A stretch of DNA of 34,867 bases. It comes from Candidatus Omnitrophota bacterium (lineage in GTDB: Bacteria > Omnitrophota > Gorgyraeia > Gygaellales > Profunditerraquicolaceae). A program made the translations under genes and the position numbers. The stretch lies in assembly GCA_026387555.1 (NCBI GenBank), contig JAPLLM010000003.1, forward strand, positions 1,935 through 36,801, written 5' to 3'. The first letter of the stretch is position 1, and every line of letters starts with the position of its first letter. Below, in pieces: positions 1 to 12,000 of the stretch. The notes under the pieces are model-generated. The model ran no database searches. It was not told the origin of the DNA and worked only from the letters and a program-made list of their open reading frames with translations.

Positions 1-3000
1 AATTTTCCATCCTTCAGCAGTAAGCCCCTCTACATTCAAACCCTGGCCGATGTATAAACTTACGCTTTGCGGGGTGCCTGCCTTTATTTTGTCATAGAAC
101 TGCCCGGATGCATTCTTGCGGATATACTGCGCCAGAAATTCTCCCCATGCACCTTCATTCTTACAAACTCTTAATCCTTCCCAGAATCCTTGCAAACCTT
201 TCTGTGATAGGGTCGTCACCACCATCCCCAACCCGATTGCTAATGTAAACACAGGCTCAAATCCCGGCAGTATCAAGAAGGCATGCGTGGAAGTAGAATT
301 GGGCTGTGCGGGAGCGGGTTGTACTTGAGTTGCTTTTTCGGCGGCTAGCCTGTCAGCGAACTGCTTGGCGCCATAAAAATCCCCATTCGCGCAACAGCAA
401 TATGCGGTATACGGGAGAATATTTAACTCGTTTTTGCTTACTTTGCCGGCAAATGCTTGGCGGATGGTAGTCGCAGCTACTTCAAAAGGCATCCCGATGA
501 TAAAATTGGCATCCAGGGTGGTCTCTATAGTCTCTCCCACTACTTCCCGTTCAAAGAATATCGCGGAAACCTTATGCAATACGTCACTGTAAGGAACTAT
601 CTTCTTTTCTTTGACCTCTACGCCCGTCTTTGGATCAAGATGGGAAACCTCATAAGAAATCTCTATGGAAACATTATCTTCTAATTTCTGGATAGTATCT
701 AGCTTAGGCGCTTCTCCTGCCTTTTTGACCACCTGGCCCTCATACTCCACCTGTCTGGCTACCCATGCCTCATATTCAGGCCTACCCCTTTCCATTGAGT
801 TTGGCGGCTGCAACTCATCAGGGAGAAATAAATCCGCTCCGTCTCTATCTTTAACTTTCAGGCGGGCCCAACGGTTGTAGTGGTCTCTTCCCACCATGTA
901 AAAGGCTTCGATCTTCTGGTGGCTATTCATATTCAAGATACGAAAGATATTTGTTTCACCATCCAACGGGGTACCTGAAGCAATGGGGCAATAAGCAAAG
1001 AGCGGGTCGAACATTTTCAATACCTTTTGAGCCATGATGTGGCGTGGATGATCTGCAAGCAAAGAACTGGCTTTTCTCGGGTCGCTGCCGGCGATGACAT
1101 AAATAATCTTATCCAGCTTGTATTCGGCAATAGCAGCCAGCCCGGCGATCAGATGCATCCAGGTAAAAGGATTAGCGGCAACAGGATAGACGCCTATTCT
1201 GAATGGCCTGGGGTTTATATCGCATACCTCGCCGCGGTGAAGAGCGGGCTTAATGTTTGGATTGATCAAGCCTAATTTTAAATGATCGGCTATCTGGGCC
1301 AAATAGCGTTCGCTAAAACTCTTGATGATTGCGAAATGGCCCTCATTATCTTTCATCCCTAACTCCAGGGCCATATTTTTCAATTCGTTCTCAATCTTCC
1401 GGCTGATGATATTCGTAATCGGATTGGATTGACTGGTGGAGAAAGTCGGCAGGGGCATGGGCCTGCCGGGATGGCCAAAACGCACCTTGCCTGCTAACTG
1501 CCTGGAGATTGCATTAAAACTTTCCTCCATCCCTCTTATTTTCTTGCTTAATACCCCGTACTCTTCGGTAAACATATACTTCAGGATCCTTCTTTTTAGG
1601 TTTACGATATTTTCTTTTTGCGGTATATGCCTAGTGCCTTCTTCTCCTCCTGCTGGCACGCGCACAAAGAAAACTTCTTTCAAACAGGTGATCTGGCCGA
1701 TAACCCTTATCAACCCTCCGGAGCCTGACCGGCTATCGATTAACCACGGAACCTTAGCCGCGATCTTATGGTTCATTTGCGCCTTAAGCCTTTCTATATC
1801 CGCTGTTGTATTCCTGGTATAGGCTTCATCCAACTGCCGGAGCTCATCCTCGGTGATCCCGAACATACCGGCTAAATCAGGAAGGTATATATGCTCATTT
1901 GCAGTATGGAAGAGCCTGAAATATTTACTAAAGGTCGCGAAATCGGTTTTTGCCAGCTTCTTGATCCCTTCACTCAAACAGGAGCGTTCTACGATCTGCT
2001 GGCGGCTCTCGTTTTTGGGCTGGCATCCTTCTTTGAGATTAACCAGGTAGCCGCCGATATCTTGAGGAGTGGTTACAGAGACTTCGCTCATTACTGTTTT
2101 ACCGGATAGATAAAACATTGCCATTAGCACCGGTTCAGGAAAAGCCACCAGATTATCTATATTGGAAGTCGCGTAGATATGTTTTTTAGTTTTAGCATGT
2201 AACAATCGATAAAGCTGACCGCTGGTGATAAGCGATTGAATAAGGCCAAAATGCCCGGCAGGAGTAAAGTCTGATTTTACTCCGCTTGCGTGTATGTGCG
2301 AAAAATCTTTCATCGAGAAACGGCGGTTCTTATCCGTCTGCAGATAAAACTCGGTTGCCGGATCCAAACCATAGTTCCCTTGACGGACGAAATCATCCCG
2401 TACTTCTCCATCAGTCGAAAAGCTGGTTAAGGTCAGAAAAGGAAAATCTATTCCGAACTTATCCCTGAAATATTGCACCACTCGGGCAGTGATTTCATTA
2501 AAGGAGCGCCCGCCGTAAACCGGGACTATTCCGGTACCCTTGGCAATATCTTCACTTCCCAATACCGCCCAGCGCGAACCAAGCCCGGCATTAGGCTTGG
2601 CGTACACATACATGGGAAATAGCGCCGCACCTAATTGGTATAACTGCATATATTCTGCAGTCAAAAGATGTTTATCGCCTGCCTGCCTAATATCCGTCTC
2701 CAGAGAATTGGCTATGACCATCAGCCTATTAACATTCTGTAGGCCGCATCTTTTGCAGATAGCATCGATCTCTTTCCGGTTTGCGATTAAATAATCGGTC
2801 AATTCTTTGAATCTTCCCGGAGAGACTTCGAAACTTACTGTTTCGCCGGCTTTTAGAGGCATTACAGGTACCTGCGGGGAAGGCCACACATCATTCAGGC
2901 TATGCACCTTTATCTGTGTTTCGGCAGAAAACGTGCCGATCCTCATCATCGCCTGAATCTTGAGCTGCTCTTCGCCGTTATCAACGGAAAATGCGGTATC

Positions 3001-6000
3001 CGGGCACTTGGATAATATAGCTCGCGCCTCTCTTATCTCCTTGTCATTGCCTTGCGCAAAAATATAACCTAACAAAGAGCGCGCGCTCCTCTTATTGAAC
3101 TCAACTACACACGCAGGAGCCTCTCGGCTAACGTTATCGAGCAGCTTTCTTGCCAGTAATAAATGTGTTTTTGAACTAAAGGCCTGCAGATGGGTGGGGT
3201 ATTTTTTGGTTTCCGGATTAGTCTGCGCTTTTCGGATATAGGTGGTTATTTCTTTTAAAATCCCACCGTCGGATTCCAGCGAAACGCGGCATTTCCTAAG
3301 AAGGTCGACTAATCTGAAAACCTTTTCTCCTATGCCAAAATATTCTCCAGCCGGAATCCTTTCTTCTTCTTCGAATAAATCAAGCTTGTGTTGCCTTGCT
3401 ATTGCCACATGCTGATACTGATGCCTAAGGCAATCTGCGATAATCGCAAACAATAACTCCCTGGCATCGCTAGGCAGCAACCTGTAAAGGTCAGCTAACA
3501 TCATTAAATCATCTAAATCCAAATAGCCCTGTAAACGCTTACGGCTTACTATGTGCAGATACATATCTCCGGGGAATCTGCCCGGCCTCAAACCGGAACA
3601 GACCACAATATCAAAGTCTCTCTCCTGTTCTATGGCCTTATTCTTTAAACGGTCAATAATAGAGGGTAACCAGGATTTCTTAGCAGGAGGAACAAAGGTC
3701 AATTCTTTCCCCAAATCCATCAGCTTGGTATAAAATTCCGACTTAAACTGGCCGGGGCTATTCTTTGCCACATACTGCTCAAATGGAAACATCGCCCGGT
3801 ATCCTTGTTCAGTAAGGATTTTGCGTCGGCCAAAGAGAGAATAGAGGCTTTCGTCATTGCTGGCCTTAGTCAAGCTGTTCCTAATGTCATCGCAAAAGAT
3901 TATATAATCCGCTGCGGAGATAGGTAAAAGAGGGGTAAGGTTAGGGCCGGTCTCCTTTTCCAGGGAACTCTTGAACTCGTCTTCTACTGTGATCCCGATT
4001 TCAGAATTATCCAAATATATGCGTGGATAGATAATGCTGAAGGCTGCCTTTAGCAATTCGGGGCGGGAACGCACATATTCCACTATCACCTGCCGCCGGT
4101 CTTCATCGCTCGGTTCATGGGCCGTAGCGTCTTGCTGCGCGCGGCGCAAGAACATAAGATGCAGAAACCCTTCAAAGACCACTATCTGCACGATTTCTTT
4201 GACAAATGCCGGTTCAAGATTAGTAATGCCGGAGCTAAAAACCAGCTTTTCTTCATTAACCATTGCTAACTTGTGAAGCTCATCGCTAAACTCGATTTCT
4301 ACTTCGCTGCCCAGGATAAAATTACTGAAATAACCCTGGAAGTTTCCCTTTAAATCCCTTACACCCTGCTCAAATGATCTTCTCAATACGGGATTAAACG
4401 GAAAATCATCCGGGAAAACCACCTTTATATCAGCGGCCTTGCCTGCTTCTATTTTTACCTTGTAAGCTTGGGCATCGAGCTTATTTTCATTCTTTAATCT
4501 GGTCAATGAGAACTCGGAATATTTAACAAGGGCTAAGCCTACTGCCAGCGGCAGGAGCATCAGCTCAAGGCCGGGTATAAACAGTGCAGCGAATGTAGAA
4601 GATTCCGCGCAGCCTACCTGCTGTTTAGCCCATATAAATTCTTCCGCTTTTATGGCGTCGGAAGAATCCACGGGCCGGGCCTCGATAAGAGTTTCCCTGA
4701 TTTTCGAGTCCCCTTCCACCAGAAGGCGGATCATCGCTGCCCTGAGGCCTGCTTTGTCCGCAACTCTTTCTCCATAAAATTCGTCGAACTTTTCAAATGT
4801 CGTGGCAAAAGACTGATATGGAATACGACGTAATGCCATGAGTCTTTCGGCATTATTACCGTTCTCCCATACATCGCAAAAGATTAATATATCCAGCATC
4901 AATCTAATTTCTTTTGCGGTTATGCCGGATGTCTTGGCTACGTGCTCAAACTCCGTGGGATCTTCAGGATAACAAAAATGGTTTGTAATCAGAAACTCTT
5001 CCGCTACAGCAAGTTTAATCCCGAAACGCTCGCGCAAAACCCGCACTCCGTTATATTCATGGCTATAGTGAGCATAATACCTTTCTATTTGATCAAGAGT
5101 AAGATGGTTGCCATCCTGCGCACAGATAGCAGCTAGCACCCTGGCCATGCTCATGTACCAAAGAGATTCATCAGTAAGAACCTGTGCGGCTAAATCCGGC
5201 CTCTTCTTAAGAAATACCTCTAATGCAACAAGCGACGCCTTCTTAGAGCCATTAGCCGGAAGACCATAATTCCTGGCAAGTTCCCTTTCTGCTTTAAAAG
5301 ACCCTCCCTCTGTCAGAGGTATATGTATACCGCCTATGTCATGCACTTTGGCTACACGAGTAACCATATCTATCAGCTCTTCTTTGAGTCTCATCTCTCT
5401 TCCTAACAAAGATACGTATTCTGAGACCCTACGGTTATGCGCCTTATTCAGGCCTTCAGGAAAAATCCTATCTAATTCGTCCATCTCAACTTCCCTTAAA
5501 GCCCTGCAGACAGTAGATGAAACTATCCCCACTGCCAGCATAATGGCTGAACTTATTGGATCAAACATCTGCCCTACAAGTAAGGCAGTCGTAAAGTCAA
5601 AAGCATGGGCAACCGGAGAGTGTGTTTTCCTAAAGTTGATGGTGTTGGAATAATGGAACCAATGCTCAATATTTTCTTCACCTAAAAGATATCTTTCAAA
5701 ATCCTGCTCATTAACATCAGCGTGTATAAAGATCCCGGTTACGGGTACTGGCTGCCTGGCTATCTTTATCTGTTCTACTTTTTCATCTAATAATCTTCTT
5801 AGGCGCGGATTGGACATGACAGCCCGGAAGATATTCTCCGTATTACAGCTGCCGTCCTTATCCTTATAGGGCGTTAAGGCGCTTAACCTGCCGCAGATAA
5901 GCGTTTCCTCTTGCGTAAGAGAAGAAAGCTTACCCTGGAGCCTTTGGATAACCTCGCGTGTAAGCGCCTTTCCGCTCATGCCGTCTTTTAATTCCATTAC

Positions 6001-9000
6001 TCCGAATGGTCCGATAGGATGAAGGACGCCGTCCATAATCGCCGTTATCGGTATCTCTAAGTTGACGGTTCTTTCATACTTTGTTTCTATTACCAGGTGT
6101 AACTCATTCCTTATTAGATAGTCGATAAAAGCGGCGTAACCACAGTCAGGGCATAAATAATAAAACTCTGTATGGTCTATCAAGGAATGCGCCCGGCGTT
6201 CAAAAAGCGGAAGTTCGCCGATATAGAAATACAACTGTTTTATCGGTTTCTTGTTTACCTTGTCATATATGAACTCCAGGAATACGCTATAGGCCCTGGC
6301 TGCCTGCTGGATCAAGCGGCAACGGGAAACATACGGGCTGAACCGGTGGCCGCGCGGCAGGAAGTCATCTACAAAATAATAGCTAAAAGGTTTCTGGCTT
6401 TGCATGTACTCTCCGAACGGCATCAACTGCCTGCCCACGAGCACAGCTAAATTATCGAAACTACCTATATCCGGCCGCCTATTCAAAACAAGATGCACCG
6501 CTTCTCTGAATAGCTCGGGATTTTCTTCAAGCGTCCTTAGGGTAGCCTGGATTTTATCGGCAGGGTGATAACGCAAAACCTCTTCCAGCGCTGCCGGAGG
6601 AGTATCTACTGTAGATGTGGCAGCCGTATCCAATTTGCCATAGAGCCAAGAGAGATTTTGATTCAAGGTAGCGACATCAATGCGCTCTTTGCGCCAGGCA
6701 GCAAAGTCAGCTCCAGTGGGAGCGGTTAATCCATCCTTAGAAATAATATGCTCGATTGGTTTCTTAAGTAAAGGCCGGGCATCCTGCGCCAGAGGCCAAG
6801 CAACCAGATACTGGGCACCGGACTTATCTACCAATAAGGTATTGGCAGAGGCTGATTGAATGCTATAGGCCAGTAAGGATTTACCGTCCTTCGGAATAAA
6901 CCCGTAGAGCATCGCCCAACAATTACCCTTTGCATCCGGACTTGGCTCAAGGACAAGGTCTTCACCGGCAAGTTTCAAATGCGACTCTTCCATATACCAG
7001 TTAGGAGAGCCTTCCAGGCCAAGAGCAGTAGCAGGAAGCCCCCTTCTATCTTCTATGGATCTGGAGAGGTACTCCCTTGCCTGTTCAGGGGTAATGCCCC
7101 AACCAATGATAAGTATAGTATTATCGGGAAGCTCAATGTTGACATTGGAAAGTTTTACTCTTCGGCCGATAAAAACGTGTGAGTTTTCCCCTGCCTTTAT
7201 GGCGACACGGTTAAGGAAAACATCATCGGTATTTTCGAGAATGACCTTGCTCGGCTGGAAGTTAGAAGCAATGATCCTCTCGTTTAAATCAGGAAGGCCA
7301 AAATATCTCCTGCCGCGGTGATGGGTGGCTACAAAGTCCGCAGTCAAGATGTATGACTTAGGATTACCTACGTCAAACCAGAAACCACCCCTTATCTCCT
7401 CCTTGGACTCCTTGGCCTCTTCGGCGATGTCTAAGTCTGCGACGTAGAAATTAAGGTTCTTATGTAAGGCCTGGACTATTTCCAAGAGCTGCAGACGGTC
7501 TTCTTCCTCGGTAATGGTATCCCAGCTTGCGGGTAAAAATACCTGTTGCTTGGTTACTATGGCATCTATTTCGCTCTTTTTACACTTTATCTGCTCGGCT
7601 AATGCTGCCTTACCTTCGGCACCTGCATGTAATGCTTCAGCTTTAAGGGCTTCTAACTCCTGTTTAAGTCTTTTATACTCCGGTAGGAAGGCATTTGCCT
7701 TTCTTATGCTATCGCAATCAATAAATGCAGCTTCGCCGAGAGTAGCAAACAAACCAAAGGGATATTTTTCACGCAGCTTCTTAGTATCATGCGTACTGGC
7801 GTTACTTGCGCAAGGGACATCAAGGACATCAAACAAGCGCTTTAACGCGCTATTCCTAAAAGCAATGAGGAAGGCGTTACGGATGACCTTTCCCTGTCCG
7901 GCCATTGCCAACTCCACAACTCTATTAAAATTTCCCTTTTCTTTAAACCCTGCAAGGCGCCCGGTTTGGGCATTACCGGCAATCAGGCCCAGGTCACAAA
8001 GAGCCTCTTTTTGAATCTTTCTCCTTAATAGTTCGTAGTTACTGTCTACGGTTGCGCCTCTTGCTGCAGCAAGATGGGCGGCAGTATTTACGAATTCATC
8101 GGCAAGGCTTGCGTCGATTGCATCCTTGCTCTTGCCTTCCCTTAATAAAGCTAACCGAATTGATTCAAGGCCTTTGGTTATACTGCTTAATTCTTCGGTG
8201 TTTTTCGGCATGGGTAAGACCGTACCTGCTCCAAAGAAGACAACATCTGCATCCTCGGGAAGTTCAGCTAATGGCCTACCGCCGTCCCAGGTTATGGCTC
8301 CCGGGCAAATGACATTATCGCTTCCGCCGATAAGAGTGAAACCCCTGCCCATTCTAGGCATCTGAGAGAGGATCAGCTGTTGGGAAAGATAGCTGATACC
8401 TAAGAATATTTCATTGAACATCCGGTAGAGGCCCTGATAAACGCGCTGGATAGTAAAGGCGAACATCCTAGTCTTTAGTCCACCATCGGCAAGAAAGTTA
8501 TGCGAGGTATCGGGAGAAGTAAAGCCGGGTGAGTTTATCTGGCTCTTAAAACCTTCGAGGATACCTACTAAATCATGGCCAAAATCTGCGGGATCTTCGG
8601 GAAGATAACAGCCATCAATGGTAACATTTTCAGAGATCCGGGCATAACAACCTAACGCCTCTCTTACGCGCGCCTTGTAATAAGCCTTTGCAGCTTCAGG
8701 TTGGCCCTCGGTTGGCCGGGTAACTACATACATATGGCGGTTAGCCCGGAAACACTCGGCATTTATGTCTTCGGACAATTCGTGGCTGTTCAGATAACGC
8801 ATCACCTCTCTAAGGATATTCTGTTCACGGGAATTCTTCGGGGTGACCGGTTGATTGTTCAAAACTAAGTTACGCATGTACACAAAGATCAACAGGTCAT
8901 CTTTAAAGCTGTGGATATGTTTCCTGGGAAGACTGCCTTCGCGCGGCTCAACGTGATGGCCTACGCGGATATCCTGATTTTCATGCTCCAGCACCGAGAT

Positions 9001-12000
9001 GATGCCGGGTTTGTGGAAAGGCGATGTGCGGGCAAACTCCAGTGAATTGATACCAAGATATATGCTGCCTTGAGGCACCTTATTTTTGGCGGTGCCTGCG
9101 TGGCTTAAAAGAAGCGCGTATTTAAAGTCGGCGCCGCTTCCTTCCTGCCGGTAACAAATAGTGGGCAGGGCTGCGGCAGTATTGTAGCCCTCTTCCAGTA
9201 TGATGACGAATCTGCGGCCCGCGGCCTGGTCATTGCCTATCTCCCGGACTAAATCCTGCAGATAGATGAATGATTCCTTAAGCCGCGTCCTGGCAGGAGG
9301 GGAGCGCAGGGTGCGCGCCAAGGCATCCCGCATTTCAAACTGTGCGTCAAATATACTCCTGAAGAACAGCTCTGCGGTTTGCTGTATCCTCCTGTCATCG
9401 GCATTGTCAGCAAAGAGAAGATTAAAATCGAGCCTACTTATATTGTTGACGGCGAAGAACCTACCTTCGGCAATGGCTTTTTGCAACGCGGGCTTAGTAT
9501 GCTGCTCATGGTCAATGGCCATGCCGCTTTGGAATTTAAGGTCTTTGACCTGCTCTGCTTGAGCCTGGCCACTGGCAGCCTCAAGAGTATCCTGTAGAGA
9601 CATAAAAGATACCCTGCTTCCAAGGATTGTTTTAAGTAACTCTTGCAGTTCCGGAGTTTTATCTGAAACCTGCTTGACCGGGTGGAAACGGACAGTACGG
9701 TCCATAGTAACAAATAACGCATCCAGCGCCGCGGTAATATCGCCTAAAAGGTAGCTGTCCGGCTGGTAAATTGTAGTAACGAGGAAGGTCTTGTTACCTG
9801 TCTCCTGGATCTTTAATTCTCTTCCCTCAAACCTCACGGTCCGCTCGACTAAATTATTCTCCTTAATATCCCGGCTGATTAGTTCGGCGGTAGAAAGCTG
9901 CTTCACTAAAACCTTATTCCAGCTGATATCTTCGGTGACTTCTTTCTTCGAAATATACGGACAATGAAGCTGGGATTTTATGCGGGCGATCCTGGCTACC
10001 ACTTCATTAACCGGGGTTTGTTCCATTCTGGTGAATACTTCCTGCCTGAATGCGGCATCTGTTTCATAGCGGCGCTGTTCTTCCGGGGTAATGTAATTGA
10101 AAAGTTTAAGTAATCCTGAAACGCGCAGGATATAAGTCGCGGTATTGAACTCCGGTATGGCATTCTGATTGAATGATTTGTCAAAACAGAACCCTTCAAC
10201 GAGTTGATTGCGGCCCCGCACCTCGCAGACTGTTCCACCTGTCTCGGGCTTGCAGGTAATAACATATTCATCAGTGACATCCGCTCCTGCCTGGCGGATC
10301 TTGATATGTTTAGCAAGTTTAAACTTAGGATCTTGCGCAAATGCCTCTGCTATCGTAAAGCTACCGGTTCCCTCCATGCCGGTAACCTCATCCGGAATGC
10401 AAACTTCAAGGCCAAGGTTAGGGCTTATCGTATTCTTGACGATTTTCCCCACTGAAATCGGCTGACCAGTTTTCCTCCTGATGATCGTCTTCCACACCTC
10501 CCCCACCTTCACACTGTCGGATTTTCTAACCACGCTGACCATGATGGCCTTATCCACAACTTCGACTAACACATCTTTTCCTGAACGGCGTAAGATCCCG
10601 ATAAGCCCCGGATCAATAGTTGCGCCCAGGTTATCGATATTTGAAACTGAAACGTAGAGCGTGCCGTCTTTGACCATCTGTCCAAGTTTACCTTCCAAAA
10701 CTAACCACGGTATAGCCTCAAAGTGTCCTCCGGGGCAGAAATCCTCTTCCCCGGTTACCAGCCTGAATATTTCTCCTTCTTTGGTCAGCCGTTTAGTGAT
10801 GCCTACCCGGTATGGCCGGATATCCAGGCCAAAGTTATTGCGCTCTTCCAAATACTCCATTACCCGGTCATGGGTAGAGTAACTATTGGCGATATACACC
10901 GGTATACGTTTCCCGATGGCGAAAATATGCCCGAGTTTCACATCGATAAAAGTACGCGCAGCATTAAGCCAGTTATCAATAATGACAAAAAGCGCTTTGA
11001 CTGTGCCGCCGAAACGGGAAGCAAGGCCGCCATTTAAAAGTAACGAAGCAAACGCGCCTCGCCTGCGTAAAATCTCTTCGCCGGCCTTCTTGTCTTCTTT
11101 GGTAATATCCGACCAGGAGGTAAGTTCATTGCTTATTGGCTGCTTGGCATCCGGCTCGTGGTTATTCTGCTCTACGTCCTGTTTCGTGACGGCGCGGCAT
11201 ACATAGGTCATTTGGATAGCGTCGAACTCTGCGGCATTACCCAACTCTTCAAACTTACGCTCTTCCAGCATATGCTGGTTCATCTGCTCTGACGTAGAAA
11301 GCTCTATCTTTTGGCTTTCGGCATCGTAACGATAGACAAAATGCATATGCTGTAAACGGAAATAGAAATAGGAAGATTCGCGATAATGAGCAGTAGCGTT
11401 AATATTTATGGTGGATATTGGGAGGTGCCAGACAAACGGAAACTCCGCGAACTCTCTTTCAATTCCGTCGCGTATGGTAGTGTTATTGTTCCCGTTTTCC
11501 TTGCGGCTGCGGATACGGCTGCTAATGGCGTGCGCCACATAGCGGAACTCTGCTTCTTCGGCGCGCTGATGATTCCTAAAAGCCGCTTCCCCTGCCTCGT
11601 GGACGAAGGTAGCGACGGATTCGAGCTCGCCTAATTCTTCAAGGACGTCCGGGGCAATGATTATCCATTCGCCGGCAGCGCTGGTAAAGAGAACGCCGGT
11701 GGAACGGTTGAAGATATTGCGGATTATCTGCGCACGGTGGTCTCTTGATTGTAAAAACTTGGCCGGCGGAGCGCGTATATGCTGTGTGTTACGCAACGCC
11801 TCAAGCCGGCGCGCGGCCTGATGCAAACCAATAGTATCCAGGCCTTCGATTGCCTTATCTATCCTTGCCCGGGCGCTGGTATTTGCCACATCGGTAAATA
11901 AGCGTAAGTCTAACCCTGCAAACGCTTGTTCTACTTCTTCTCTGGCCGGGGTCTCCTTGCTTAAACGGGTGCGGAAGCCGACGTGGAAAAGGCTCTCTAA

